This document shows, piece by piece, positions 8,905 through 18,769 of a stretch of DNA of 64,000 nucleotides (the first letter of the stretch is position 1; every line of letters starts with the position of its first letter). The position numbers were made by a program, and so were the translations under genes. The notes under the pieces are model-generated. The model saw nothing but the letters and a program-made list of their open reading frames with translations. It searched no databases and was not told the origin of the DNA. The stretch comes from Candidatus Falkowbacteria bacterium (GTDB lineage Bacteria > Patescibacteriota > Patescibacteriia > CAIXNZ01): assembly GCA_963774955.1 (NCBI GenBank), contig CAVZGV010000004.1:67522-131521 (forward strand). Reading direction: 5' to 3'.

Positions 8905-9009
8905 CCAACAAGTTAATTTGAACTTGTTGGCTTTTTTATTTAACAAATCCTTGACAGATCAATTTATTTAGGCTATATTTGAATATCCAAAATCAAAAGG
9001 AGGTTTACA

Positions 9010-9231
9010 ATGAAAATACTGAAAAATAATGTCTTTATCGACATCACCTGCCCTCACTGCACCAGTGAATTGAGGGTTTATGAAAAAGATATAGATGTTA
9101 ACCATCATTTTGGTCACGGCATTTATATCCACATTTACTGCGCGGCTTGCGGAGAAAAAATTCCTTTGACCATCGCACAGCTACGGCCTGAATGGAAGCA
9201 TCTGCTGATCGATCCAAACGACGACGATTAA
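9010..9231 (+). CDS. small zinc-ribbon protein
   Basis: CPHC...CAAC motif; AAAGGAGG RBS; terminator 9237-9276. Confidence 0.45.
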   Translation: MKILKNNVFIDITCPHCTSELRVYEKDIDVNHHFGHGIYIHIYCAACGEKIPLTIAQLRPEWKHLLIDPNDDD

Positions 9232-9423
9232 AAATTTGCCCTGTTCCGTATTACGGAGCGGGGCTTTTTTTATTTCGTCTTACGTTTTACGGCGTTGTTT
9301 GGCGTTACGTTTTACATATTACGCTAAACGATACGGGCCTCGTTACCATTAACCGCCTAACGTTTTACAAAAGATAGACATGCCTACATTTATTGGCAAA
9401 ATAAACGATTTTCGCCATACCCC

Positions 9424-9453
9424 TTGACAACTTTTTGACCCTATGATACATTG
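9424..9453 (+). promoter_or_regulatory. putative sigma70-type promoter for the nrtR-pnuC-nadR operon
   Basis: TTGACA (9425-9430) then 17-nt spacer then TACATT; about 140 nt upstream of nrtR start. Confidence 0.35.
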
Positions 9454-9593
9454 TGTATATAAGACACTAAGAGGTTAATAACCAATATCCAAATTCCAAT
9501 AACCAAAAAATTTGAAGAAATAAAAAACTTCCATGTTGCAACCTCATATAGCCTCATAAAACTTGATAAAACATTATATAACCTATTAAACTT

Positions 9594-10265
9594 ATGAACA
9601 CACATCCAGCCAAACAGAATATCAAAGTCGCGGTAGACAATTGTATTTTTACCATTATTGACAATGAACTTTATGTCTTGCTCATTCAAATGAAAAAAAG
9701 ACCCTATCAGGGCATGTGGGCTTTGCCGGGAGGACTGGTCAACCAAGGTGAAAACCTGGACAAGGCAGCTCTGAGGATCTTAAAGGACGAAACTAATGTC
9801 ACTGATGTTTATCTGGAACAGCTTTATACTTTTGGCAAAACCAAAAGGGATCCTTTAGGTCGGGTTATTTCCATTGCTTACTTTGCTCTTATCCCCTCAG
9901 CCAATCAGCAATTGAAAACTTTGGCCAAATACCAATCAGTCCAATGGTGGAAATATAATGACTTACCCAAACTGGCTTATGATCATAATGAAATTATCAA
10001 ATATGCCAAACAGCGTCTGGAGTGGAAAATTGAGTATACCAATGTTGTCTGGTCACTGTTACCTGAAAAATTCACCTTAAGACAATTACAGCAAGCTTAT
10101 GAAGCTATCTTGGGGAAAGCTATGGATAAACGCAATTTTCAGAAAAAAATCTTTGCCTTAAAATTAATCCAGCCTTTAGGGCAGAAAGCCATGTTTGGCG
10201 CTCATCGTCCAGCTGAACTTTATAGATTTAAAAGCCGCAAGCCCAAAATCGTTCAGATTCTATAA
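9594..10265 (+). CDS. nrtR: NrtR-like Nudix-related transcriptional regulator (N-terminal Nudix, C-terminal wHTH)
   Basis: Nudix box ALPGGLVNQGENLDKAALRILKDETNV; C-terminal FTLRQLQQAYEAILGKAMDKRNFQKK resembles NrtR wHTH; adjacent pnuC-nadR. Confidence 0.6.
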   Translation: MNTHPAKQNIKVAVDNCIFTIIDNELYVLLIQMKKRPYQGMWALPGGLVNQGENLDKAALRILKDETNVTDVYLEQLYTFGKTKRDPLGRVISIAYFALIPSANQQLKTLAKYQSVQWWKYNDLPKLAYDHNEIIKYAKQRLEWKIEYTNVVWSLLPEKFTLRQLQQAYEAILGKAMDKRNFQKKIFALKLIQPLGQKAMFGAHRPAELYRFKSRKPKIVQIL

Positions 10266-10347
10266 CGCTTTTTCTTACTTTTTTTTAACTTGACTTAGTG
10301 TATAAAATACACTTAAATATAAACTAACTAATTTAACCAACAAATCT

Positions 10348-11073
10348 ATGATCAACATTATCTCAAACTTCTTTAACATCAACAACACCTTTTTCACTCT
10401 TTGGGAATATCCCATGAGCTATCTGGAATTCTTCGGCACCTTGCTAAGCCTCCTGTGTGTTTATCTGGTCGCCAAGAAAAATATCTGGTCTTGGCCAATC
10501 GGCATTGTCGCCACCATCTTATTTGGAATACTTTTTTACCAAATTCAGCTCTACTCTGATTTCTTTGAACAAATTTACTTTCTAGTTACGGGCTTTATGG
10601 GCTGGTGGCTCTGGAAAAAGATGTCCAGCCAAAACAAAAAAAATAAGGAGAATATGGACCTTAAATTTAATAGCCCCAAACTAAACTTAATCTTACTGGC
10701 AGTAATTGTTGTCGGCACCGGAGCTCTTGGTTATTTAATGAGCAATATTCATCTTTACTTCCCTGCCTTATTTCCAATCGCCGCCACTTTTGCTTATCTG
10801 GATGCCTTTACCACTGCCATGAGCTTTGTCGCCAATATGTTATTGGTTTATAAGAGAATTGAAAATTGGCTCCTCTGGATCACCGTCGATATCATCGGCA
10901 TCTGGCTCTATTATGTCAAAGGCGTCAGATTCGTTTCCCTGCTTTATGTCATTTTCCTGGTGATAGCAACCAGCGGCTTAATTATCTGGCTCAGAGATTA
11001 TAAAAAAGCTAACAAACTAAATCAAACCTATGAAAAACGGAATTATAATCGGGAAATTTTACCCACTGCATAA
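10348..11073 (+). CDS. pnuC: nicotinamide riboside transporter PnuC
   Basis: strong similarity to E. coli PnuC region (LFGILFYQIQLYSDFF, GWWLWKK); multi-TM; start may be at internal Met 10414. Confidence 0.85.
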   Translation: MINIISNFFNINNTFFTLWEYPMSYLEFFGTLLSLLCVYLVAKKNIWSWPIGIVATILFGILFYQIQLYSDFFEQIYFLVTGFMGWWLWKKMSSQNKKNKENMDLKFNSPKLNLILLAVIVVGTGALGYLMSNIHLYFPALFPIAATFAYLDAFTTAMSFVANMLLVYKRIENWLLWITVDIIGIWLYYVKGVRFVSLLYVIFLVIATSGLIIWLRDYKKANKLNQTYEKRNYNREILPTA

Positions 11074-12064
11074 CGGACATTTAGCCTTAATTAACTTCGG
11101 ACTTAGCCAAGTTGATGAAATGACAGTCATTGTCTGCGATAAAAAAGGTCAACGCATTCCGGCCAAAGTCAGAGCCAATTGGATCAAAGAGCTGGCACCC
11201 AAGGCCAAAGTAATGATTGTTCCGGATATTGGCCAGGATGATGACTCTCAAGCTTGGGCCGATTACACCTTACAATTTCTGGGCTATAAACCTGACTGCG
11301 TCATCACTTCAGAAGCATACGGCAATACCTGGGCAGAATGCTTGAAAACTAAACATATCCTATTTGACCAGGCCAGAAACCTTGTACCTATCTGCGCTAC
11401 TAAAATTCGGGGAAATCCTTTGGCCAGTTGGGAATATTTACCGCCTCCGGTTCGCGCCTATTTTGCCAAAAGAATCTGCGTCATTGGAGCTGAATCAACC
11501 GGCACCACTACCCTGGCCAAAGACTTGGCTAAATATTACCAGACAACCTGGGTACCGGAATACGGACGCTATTATTCTGAAGCAAAACTTAATGCCAAGG
11601 ATAATAACAATTGGCGCACCGAAGAATTTTCCCACATTGCTGAAAAACAAAATCAGGCTGAAGATGCCCTGGCCCAAACCTGCAATAAAATCCTGATCTG
11701 CGATACTGATTCCTTTGCCACAGCGCTCTGGCATGAAAGATATCTGGGTAATTGGTCTGAACAAGTTGAAAAATTATTTTCAGACAGAAAAATTGATTAT
11801 TATCTGGTAACCAACGACGACATCCCCTTTGTTCAGGACGGTACCAGAGACGGCGAACACATCCGTCACCAAATGCAGCTGCGCTTTATCCAAGAACTAA
11901 AAAAAAGAAATAAAAAATTTACTGTTATTTCCGGAAATAAAGAAGAAAGGTTAACTAAAGCCGTTGAAATCTGCAACAAAATATTGGACGAACAGAATTT
12001 ATTTGCAAGTGCATATTTACAAACAAACAACATAACCATTAATAATAACGCTTATGTAAAATGA
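11030..12064 (+). CDS. nadR: NadR-type bifunctional NMN adenylyltransferase / ribosylnicotinamide kinase (no N-terminal HTH)
   Basis: GKFYPLHNGH (H/TxGH nucleotidyltransferase motif as in E. coli NadR); second-domain Walker A GAESTGTTTLAKDLA. Confidence 0.8.
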   Translation: MKNGIIIGKFYPLHNGHLALINFGLSQVDEMTVIVCDKKGQRIPAKVRANWIKELAPKAKVMIVPDIGQDDDSQAWADYTLQFLGYKPDCVITSEAYGNTWAECLKTKHILFDQARNLVPICATKIRGNPLASWEYLPPPVRAYFAKRICVIGAESTGTTTLAKDLAKYYQTTWVPEYGRYYSEAKLNAKDNNNWRTEEFSHIAEKQNQAEDALAQTCNKILICDTDSFATALWHERYLGNWSEQVEKLFSDRKIDYYLVTNDDIPFVQDGTRDGEHIRHQMQLRFIQELKKRNKKFTVISGNKEERLTKAVEICNKILDEQNLFASAYLQTNNITINNNAYVK

Positions 12065-12234
12065 AAATCCTTCTCCCCAGGAGCTGTGATTATGGGACAC
12101 GGCTCCTGTGACAGGAGGATATTATACCTTCGATTATCCAGATTGCTGGCATAAAGAAGGTAAAGGAAAGGTCTTTGAAAAAAAAGTATTGGGCTTCATT
12201 TCAACCAAACCAAACAAAAGGAGGTGGAAGTAAA

Positions 12235-12828
12235 ATGAAAAGAAAAAAGAACTTGCCCAAGCCGGTCAAATCCCAGCTGCGTATTATCGTGATCCGCTAC
12301 CGCAACAAACTCTATTTCCAGTTGGTTAACTTCCTATTCGACAAACTGGAAGCAAGAAATGTCAAGTATTTTTGCGGCAACGGCAAGATTACGGTTTTAC
12401 GTGACAGAAAAACCTTAGCCCGAATGGAATTTCGGGAAATCGAAGATGACCGAACCACAACCGATGGTTTCATTGAGCAATATCCCTGGGTGATCATGAA
12501 GCATGATGATTACTGCTTTTCGCGAGTACTTTTACCCCAATGGTTCAAACCAGGCGATATTTTACTCTTCAACTACACTACGCCGACTGACAAACTTTTT
12601 GCTCATCGGGTTGTGCCCGAAAAAATCACGCCCCAAGACGCAGCTGCCTATATGGTTTGGCCATATGCCTGGAGCATTTGTGCCTCAAAAGTCTACAATA
12701 ATTTAGGCAATCTGCTTTTGGGCAAACGCAAACAAGTGGATTTCAATTCCCTAATAGCAGCGTATACCCAAAAAGCTGTTTATCAGGGCAAAGAATTCCG
12801 AATCATTAACTTTTCCAAACTAGACTAA
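12235..12828 (+). CDS. hypothetical protein; first gene of GC-rich island
   Basis: GGAGG RBS before ATG 12235 (MKRKKNLPKP); GC jump at about 12200. Confidence 0.45.
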   Translation: MKRKKNLPKPVKSQLRIIVIRYRNKLYFQLVNFLFDKLEARNVKYFCGNGKITVLRDRKTLARMEFREIEDDRTTTDGFIEQYPWVIMKHDDYCFSRVLLPQWFKPGDILLFNYTTPTDKLFAHRVVPEKITPQDAAAYMVWPYAWSICASKVYNNLGNLLLGKRKQVDFNSLIAAYTQKAVYQGKEFRIINFSKLD

Positions 12829-12840
12829 AGGAGGACTGTC

Positions 12841-13446
12841 ATGAGAATCGAAGAGTACGCGAAATTGATAAGGACAGGACAGACAACGAAAAATCCTGTC
12901 ACGGGAATCTGCGGCCGAATAATTCGCGGCCAAAAACCGTCAGATTTTACCACCCTGACTGACGATCCTGAAAGAAAGATCGTCATGCTGGTGGATCCTG
13001 ACGGCCTGGCCAAATTGCTCGGCAAAACCGGATACCAAATGCTCATTGAAGTCGGCTACCAGCCGGATTACCTTGAGCATAAGGTCAAAGAAGGCAACCA
13101 ATTCAAACTGGCGGTCTTTCCCGAAGGCGGCGCTGCCCAGCTTGCGACCTGGGACAATGTCTTTGCCATGGTCAGTCAGGTCTATCCTGACATAACCTTC
13201 AGCACCCAGATCAAAAACGGCCTGAAGAAGCAAAGCTTTGACCAGATCGAAAAACAAGCCGGCTTCAAATTTCTTGAAGTGGAAAAAGCCGGAAAAAACG
13301 ATCCCCGCTTCATGACCTACAAGAAATTTAGAAATCCGGCCAGACCCTGGCCGACTTCCGCGCCTTCCTGTACTTCACCATCCATTTGCGTGAACTCTAC
13401 AGCGGCGACGGCTGGACCTATGACGACAAGGGCAATCGCGGAGTGA
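12841..13446 (+). CDS. hypothetical protein; C-terminal about 40 aa look out-of-frame (probable frameshift near 13325-13332 into the frame of the next gene)
   Basis: AGGAGG RBS; tail PARPWPTSAPSCTSPS is low complexity whereas the alternative frame from 13332 gives protein-like TLADFRAFLYFTIHLRELY and stays open to 13572. Confidence 0.35.
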   Translation: MRIEEYAKLIRTGQTTKNPVTGICGRIIRGQKPSDFTTLTDDPERKIVMLVDPDGLAKLLGKTGYQMLIEVGYQPDYLEHKVKEGNQFKLAVFPEGGAAQLATWDNVFAMVSQVYPDITFSTQIKNGLKKQSFDQIEKQAGFKFLEVEKAGKNDPRFMTYKKFRNPARPWPTSAPSCTSPSICVNSTAATAGPMTTRAIAE

Positions 13447-13571
13447 AAGAATACATCATCCCCAATCTGCCCATTGCCGACCTGGGTCCCAGCGAACTGA
13501 TCGACCTGGATATCCAACTGCCAACCGACATCAGCCCTGCCTTAAAAACAGGCAAAGAAAGGAGAACGACT

Positions 13572-14396
13572 ATGAAAAACCTGAAGATCCATATGCTGGT
13601 CATTGACCCGCAAAACGATTTCATGGACATCAATGGCGCCACCCTACCGGTGGCCGGAGCCAAAGATGACATGATCCGACTGGCGGGTCTGATCGACCGC
13701 GTCGGTCCCAAACTCGCGGACATCCATGTCACCATGGATAGCCACAGACTGCTGGACATCGCTCATCCCGCGTGGTGGGTGGACCAGAACCGGAACAACC
13801 CCGCACCCTTCACTATGATCACGGTCGACGACGTGGCCAACCGCATCTGGGTCCCGCGCAATCCCAACTTCTACGACCGCTGTCTGGCCTACGTCAAGGA
13901 ACTGAACCGCAAGGGCAACTACATGCTCTGCATCTGGCCGCCCCACTGCCTCATCGGCACCTGGGGACACAACGTATACCCCGAACTAAATGACGCTTTG
14001 CAGCTCTGGTCCGGCAAGGAATTCGCCATGGTCGACTACGTGACCAAGGGTTCCAACCCCTGGACCGAGCACTACGGCGCCATGGAAGCCGAGGTCCCGG
14101 ATCCTGAAGATCCCGGTACCCAGCTCAACACCAACTTTCTCAACATGCTGGCCGAGGCTGATATCGTCGCCATTGCAGGCGAAGCTCTCAGCCACTGCGT
14201 CAAAGCCACGGTTTCCCAGATCGCCGACAACATCGGCGAAGAGCACATCAAGAAGTTCCAGATCATCACCGATTGCACCAGCCCGGTCGGCGCCGTACCC
14301 AACGGCCCTGATTTCCCGGCCATTGCCCAGCAATGGTTGCTGGACATGCAAAAACGCGGCATGACCCTGGTCAAAGCCGACGACTTCCTGCGCTAA
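13572..14396 (+). CDS. isochorismatase-family cysteine hydrolase, nicotinamidase (PncA)-like
   Basis: MLVIDPQNDF, WPPHC, catalytic Cys context AGEALSHCV; AAAGGAG RBS before ATG 13572; frame is open upstream to 13332. Confidence 0.6.
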   Translation: MKNLKIHMLVIDPQNDFMDINGATLPVAGAKDDMIRLAGLIDRVGPKLADIHVTMDSHRLLDIAHPAWWVDQNRNNPAPFTMITVDDVANRIWVPRNPNFYDRCLAYVKELNRKGNYMLCIWPPHCLIGTWGHNVYPELNDALQLWSGKEFAMVDYVTKGSNPWTEHYGAMEAEVPDPEDPGTQLNTNFLNMLAEADIVAIAGEALSHCVKATVSQIADNIGEEHIKKFQIITDCTSPVGAVPNGPDFPAIAQQWLLDMQKRGMTLVKADDFLR

Positions 14397-14478
14397 ACCG
14401 GCAAACCCTGGGTTACCCCGCGTCGCGAGGTGACCCAGGGTAACCATCAATTTCCTAACCAAAGAAAGGAGAACGACC

Positions 14479-15234
14479 ATGCCACGCCTAATGGACAACG
14501 AAATGCAAGTTTCCAAAATTCCTGGAATGCAGGGATTTGCCTTCTCTGGCGTTCGGACCGAAAATCTCGGTGCCACCGAGTATACTCTGGTCACGATCGC
14601 GGTCGATGTTACCGGCTCGGTTGCCGGCTTTGAAAACGATCTGCGTAATTCGCTGATCGCCGCGGTCGAGGCCTGCAAAAAATCCCCGCGTTCCGATAAC
14701 CTGCTGTTACGGGTGATCATCTTCTCCACCAGCTACAAAAATGGGGTGGAAGAAATCCACGGGTTCAAACCCCTGGGTGAAATCGACCCGCAAGCCTATC
14801 CGCAGTTTCAGCCCGGAGGAGGCACTCCGCTTTTCGATGCCTGCTTCTCTGGCATCGGCGCCACCAACGTCTACGCCAAGAAGCTCATGGCCGACGATTT
14901 TCTGACCAACGGCATTGTCTTCATCATCACTGATGGCGAAGACAACGCTTCCCAGTCCACGCCCGCCATGATCAAGAAGGAAATCACCAAGGCCATCACC
15001 GGAGAAACCATCGAGTCCCTGATCACCGTCCTGATCGGCATCAACGCCAGCTACTGCAACCAAGCGCTGGATGATTTCCGCAATCAAGCGGGCATCAGCC
15101 AGTACATCGATGCCGGCCAGGCAACCAAAGGCAAGCTCGCTAAGCTGGCAGACTTCGTTTCTCAATCGGTTTCCAGTCAGTCCCAGGCTCTGGGTACTGG
15201 CGGACCGAGCCAGAAGATTTCTGCCACGATCTAA
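14479..15234 (+). CDS. vWA-domain protein (TerY-like) of a TerY-P triad
   Basis: MIDAS-like DVTGS, GGTPLFDA, IVFIITDGEDN. Confidence 0.65.
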   Translation: MPRLMDNEMQVSKIPGMQGFAFSGVRTENLGATEYTLVTIAVDVTGSVAGFENDLRNSLIAAVEACKKSPRSDNLLLRVIIFSTSYKNGVEEIHGFKPLGEIDPQAYPQFQPGGGTPLFDACFSGIGATNVYAKKLMADDFLTNGIVFIITDGEDNASQSTPAMIKKEITKAITGETIESLITVLIGINASYCNQALDDFRNQAGISQYIDAGQATKGKLAKLADFVSQSVSSQSQALGTGGPSQKISATI

Positions 15235-15351
15235 CAACCAAGGGAGATAATGGAGCAATCTGTTATCTCCCTATTTTTTCCCCACGTAGCGGGGTGAAAC
15301 CAGAAAGGCCCCGCCTACGCTAAAGCTTCTACGGACAAGGAGGTGAGATTC

Positions 15352-16227
15352 ATGATCCAGTTACAAACCGATCACTACTTCCACATTGGCAAAACGCACT
15401 TAACCAACGGTAAGCCTTGTCAGGATTATGCAATCTCACAGGTTATTAATGACGCAGCTATTGCGATCATCTGTGACGGTTGCTCTTCCGGCGGACAAAC
15501 CGATGTCGGCGCCAGGCTCTTAGGCTTAACCACCCAAGCTGCTTTGCTTAACCACTGGCTGACCAACGGCCAAATCATTCCGGAACCAACCAGCGCTGAA
15601 ATCAGGCTCAATCAAAAAATCAAACTAGCCTCTGCTTGTCAGCTTTTGGGACTGCAACCCAATGACTTGCTGGCCACCTGCGTTTACGCTTATTTCGGGC
15701 CGCAGGCCGGAATTATTCACATCCAGGGAGACGGAGTCGTTGCCCTCAAATTCACTGACCAACATATCCTGATGCACCGATTTGAGTGGCAAGACAATCG
15801 ACCCTATTACCCGGCTTATGCTGAAAGTCGCTTGGCTGATTTCATTGCCGCTCATGGTAATAATCTGCAAGCCTTACGTTTGAAATCCGAAACCTGGCAA
15901 ACCGTCGCGTCTCAACAACAGCTTTTACAGACCAACGACTACACGCTGAGCCAGGGACTGCAAGGCCTGATCATCAACTTGGACCAGACACTGATCAGCC
16001 AAGGGCTGGAATTCATTGCCGTCTTTTCCGACGGCGTCACCCAAATTGACAATGTGAATTGGCAAGACGCGGTGACTGAATTCCTCAGTTTCAAAAATAC
16101 CAAGGGTGAATTTGCCAAGCGCAGAATGATCCGCGGTATTCAGGATATGATCAAGGTTAATAAAGGTCCATTGGATGACATTGCTTACGCGGTAATTCGG
16201 TTGGACCAAAACCAAAAGGAGGTGTGA
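15352..16227 (+). CDS. PP2C-family Ser/Thr phosphatase
   Basis: IAIICDGCSSGGQTDVGARL and AVFSDGVTQ motifs; AAGGAGG RBS before ATG 15352. Confidence 0.55.
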   Translation: MIQLQTDHYFHIGKTHLTNGKPCQDYAISQVINDAAIAIICDGCSSGGQTDVGARLLGLTTQAALLNHWLTNGQIIPEPTSAEIRLNQKIKLASACQLLGLQPNDLLATCVYAYFGPQAGIIHIQGDGVVALKFTDQHILMHRFEWQDNRPYYPAYAESRLADFIAAHGNNLQALRLKSETWQTVASQQQLLQTNDYTLSQGLQGLIINLDQTLISQGLEFIAVFSDGVTQIDNVNWQDAVTEFLSFKNTKGEFAKRRMIRGIQDMIKVNKGPLDDIAYAVIRLDQNQKEV

Positions 16228-16228
16228 G

Positions 16229-17962
16229 ATGCCAACTATGCGTGGCAACATCGAAGTTGTCTTAGCCAACCGCGGAGCATTGACTCTGCGACCGGCGGAT
16301 CACGTTGCCACCGGGGGAGAAGGCTCGATTTATCGGGCTAAAAACACCATCATCAAATTGTATACTGACCCCAGAAAAATGAATCAGGATGGCATGGTTG
16401 AAAAGATCAAACTCTTATCAGCCATTAAGCATCCTTTCATTGTTTCGCCCACGGGGCTGGTAAACAATAATGCTGGTACTCCTGTTGGCTTTTACATGCC
16501 TTTTAGCGAAGGCGAACCCTTGCCCAGAGTTTTTACCAATGACTGGCGCAAACGCGAAAACTTTAATGACCAGCAGGCAAAAACTTTGGTTGACAACATG
16601 CGACAGGCAGTCGAAGTTGCCCACGCCAACCACGCGCTTTTAGTTGATGCCAATGAGATGAACTGGCTAGTATCTTTGGCCAAAGCAAATCAGCCCGAAC
16701 CCAGAATCATTGATGTTGATTCCTGGCAAATTGGACGCTTCCCGGCCAAGGTCATCATGCTGTCCATCCGCGATTGGCTCAATCCAAAATTTACCGAGTC
16801 GAGCGACTGGTTTAGCTGGGGAATTGTCACCTTCCAGGTCTTTAGCGGCATCCATCCTTACAAAGGAACACTGCCAGGCTACAAACCCAATCAACTTGAA
16901 GATCGCATGAAAGCCAAAGCCTCGGTCTTTTCCCAAGGTATTCAGCTGAATAAAGCGGTTCGGGATTTCTCAGTTATTCCCGGGCCCTTGCTCGACTGGT
17001 ATATTGCCGCCTTCCAGAACGGCGAACGGACCAAACCACCGTCACCCTTCGATTCCGGACTGACTCAAGCCAAAGTAGCCAGAGTACTGCATGCAGTTAC
17101 AACCGCAAGCGGCCTGCTGGTTTTCGAAAAACTATTGCAGCCGGTCAACGACCCAGTGATCAGAATCTTTCCTTGCGGCGTGGTCTTGCTGAATTCAGGT
17201 AAGCTGTTTGACTTACAAAAGCAATACCAAATCAGCACGGCCAAAACCAGGGACGTTGAAATCATCAGGATTGATAACGGCTGGCTCAAAGCCGAGATCA
17301 TTAACAAGCGGTTACAATTCAATTTCATCAATGCAACCAGCCTCAACGAAGAACCGCTTAAATTTGATCTGGCTGGTGAGAAGATCTTTCGCTGCGACAA
17401 TCGCTTGTTTGTCATCAATGAGCAAGGCCTGACCGAAGTGATCCTGAAATTCTTTTCCAAGCCGATCCTGGCTCTGGGCAAAACCTGGGGCGTGCTGGCG
17501 AATTCCATTCGCTGGTATGATGGCTTGGGCATCCAAAACACCATGGGTGCGACTTACATCATTGCTCCGTTCAATGACACTGCCTGCGCCGAAATCAGGG
17601 TGCCGGAACTTGATGGCTTAAAACCCATTAGCGCCAAAGCCGGTCAACGTTACATAGTTGTCATTGCTTTAGACAAGCAAGGCAACTACCAAAAAGTTGA
17701 GCTGACTCTGGATCGGGAATATAAAACCTACAAGGTCTGGCAGGAAATTGTTGACAGCCCTGATCTTAATCTGACCATCTTGCCAAAAGGTGTCTGCGCG
17801 ACAATTGTCAAAGACGGAGAGCTGAACATCTTTGTTCCGACCTCAAGCACCCAAAACACGGTCAAAGATAAAAACATCAGCACTGACATGCTTTTATACA
17901 ACTGGGAGAACAAAGTTGTTTATCTGCAAAACGGCGAAATCTGGGGCGTTAAAATGAAATAA
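16229..17962 (+). CDS. Ser/Thr protein kinase-like protein (N-terminal kinase fold, large C-terminal domain)
   Basis: Gly loop ATGGEGSIYRA, Lys in IIKLYTD, catalytic-loop-like HANHALLVDANEMNWLV. Confidence 0.5.
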   Translation: MPTMRGNIEVVLANRGALTLRPADHVATGGEGSIYRAKNTIIKLYTDPRKMNQDGMVEKIKLLSAIKHPFIVSPTGLVNNNAGTPVGFYMPFSEGEPLPRVFTNDWRKRENFNDQQAKTLVDNMRQAVEVAHANHALLVDANEMNWLVSLAKANQPEPRIIDVDSWQIGRFPAKVIMLSIRDWLNPKFTESSDWFSWGIVTFQVFSGIHPYKGTLPGYKPNQLEDRMKAKASVFSQGIQLNKAVRDFSVIPGPLLDWYIAAFQNGERTKPPSPFDSGLTQAKVARVLHAVTTASGLLVFEKLLQPVNDPVIRIFPCGVVLLNSGKLFDLQKQYQISTAKTRDVEIIRIDNGWLKAEIINKRLQFNFINATSLNEEPLKFDLAGEKIFRCDNRLFVINEQGLTEVILKFFSKPILALGKTWGVLANSIRWYDGLGIQNTMGATYIIAPFNDTACAEIRVPELDGLKPISAKAGQRYIVVIALDKQGNYQKVELTLDREYKTYKVWQEIVDSPDLNLTILPKGVCATIVKDGELNIFVPTSSTQNTVKDKNISTDMLLYNWENKVVYLQNGEIWGVKMK

Positions 17963-17975
17963 CGCCCAACGGGGG

Positions 17976-18013
17976 GAGAAATTGTACCACGTTACAATTT
18001 CTCCCCCACTTCT
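17976..18013 (+). terminator. rho-independent terminator after kinase gene
   Basis: ggggagaaattgta...tacaatttctcccc hairpin. Confidence 0.6.
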
Positions 18014-18290
18014 TTCTTCATAAAATTGCGACCAAAAATATTTTGGTCATAATTTTATACTTTAATCTGAGATTAAAGTGAAACTAAGTTCTTTAAAACT
18101 TATACTCAAAACATATTTTACCCCTCCTTGGGGGTTTGGGGGGCCGAACTAAGCGTCGTGATCAAAACCACGAACGAACCATATGCACTAGCGCATTGAG
18201 GCCCCCCAAAACTTTTTGCATACTTTTTTGTTCAAAAAAGTATGAAGCCGAAGGCTTAAAGTTCTCAGAACCTGAAAGGAGGACCTAATC

Positions 18291-18488
18291 ATGGAAACCA
18301 CCAAACACAACCGGGAAGTGGTCCAAAGAGTGGGCGACTTGGTCGTAGACCTGTCTAACGAAGTCGATCCGCTGCCCATGTCTGAACCGGCCAAAGAAGC
18401 CATGGTCATGGTCATGGTTGCCAACTGCCTAAAAAGCCAGGGCAACATTGTTACCTTTTGTCTGCCAACCTTCAAGACTGGCTTATAA
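18291..18488 (+). CDS. small hypothetical protein (65 aa)
   Basis: AAAGGAGG RBS; preceded by AAAGTTCT box; followed by terminator 18557-18603. Confidence 0.45.
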   Translation: METTKHNREVVQRVGDLVVDLSNEVDPLPMSEPAKEAMVMVMVANCLKSQGNIVTFCLPTFKTGL

Positions 18489-18769
18489 CCAAGGCAATCT
18501 GAGACAGACAAAAAACTTAAATTTTCAGCTAATTTAAGCTGAAATGTTTTACTAGCACCATTAGCGGGGAAAGTCGGTTTTCACCCCGGCTTTCCCCCTT
18601 TTTAAAACCTTGACAAATATAACATATTTTGATAAACTAATAAGTCGTCTTTTACCTAATCTTAGACGAGCAATAGAAAATTTTAACTAAATAATTTTGG
18701 TTAAATTTTTCTGGCTTTGACTCAGTCAAAACCACAGTCCTTTAAACCTTAATTTAAGGGAGAAATCCT

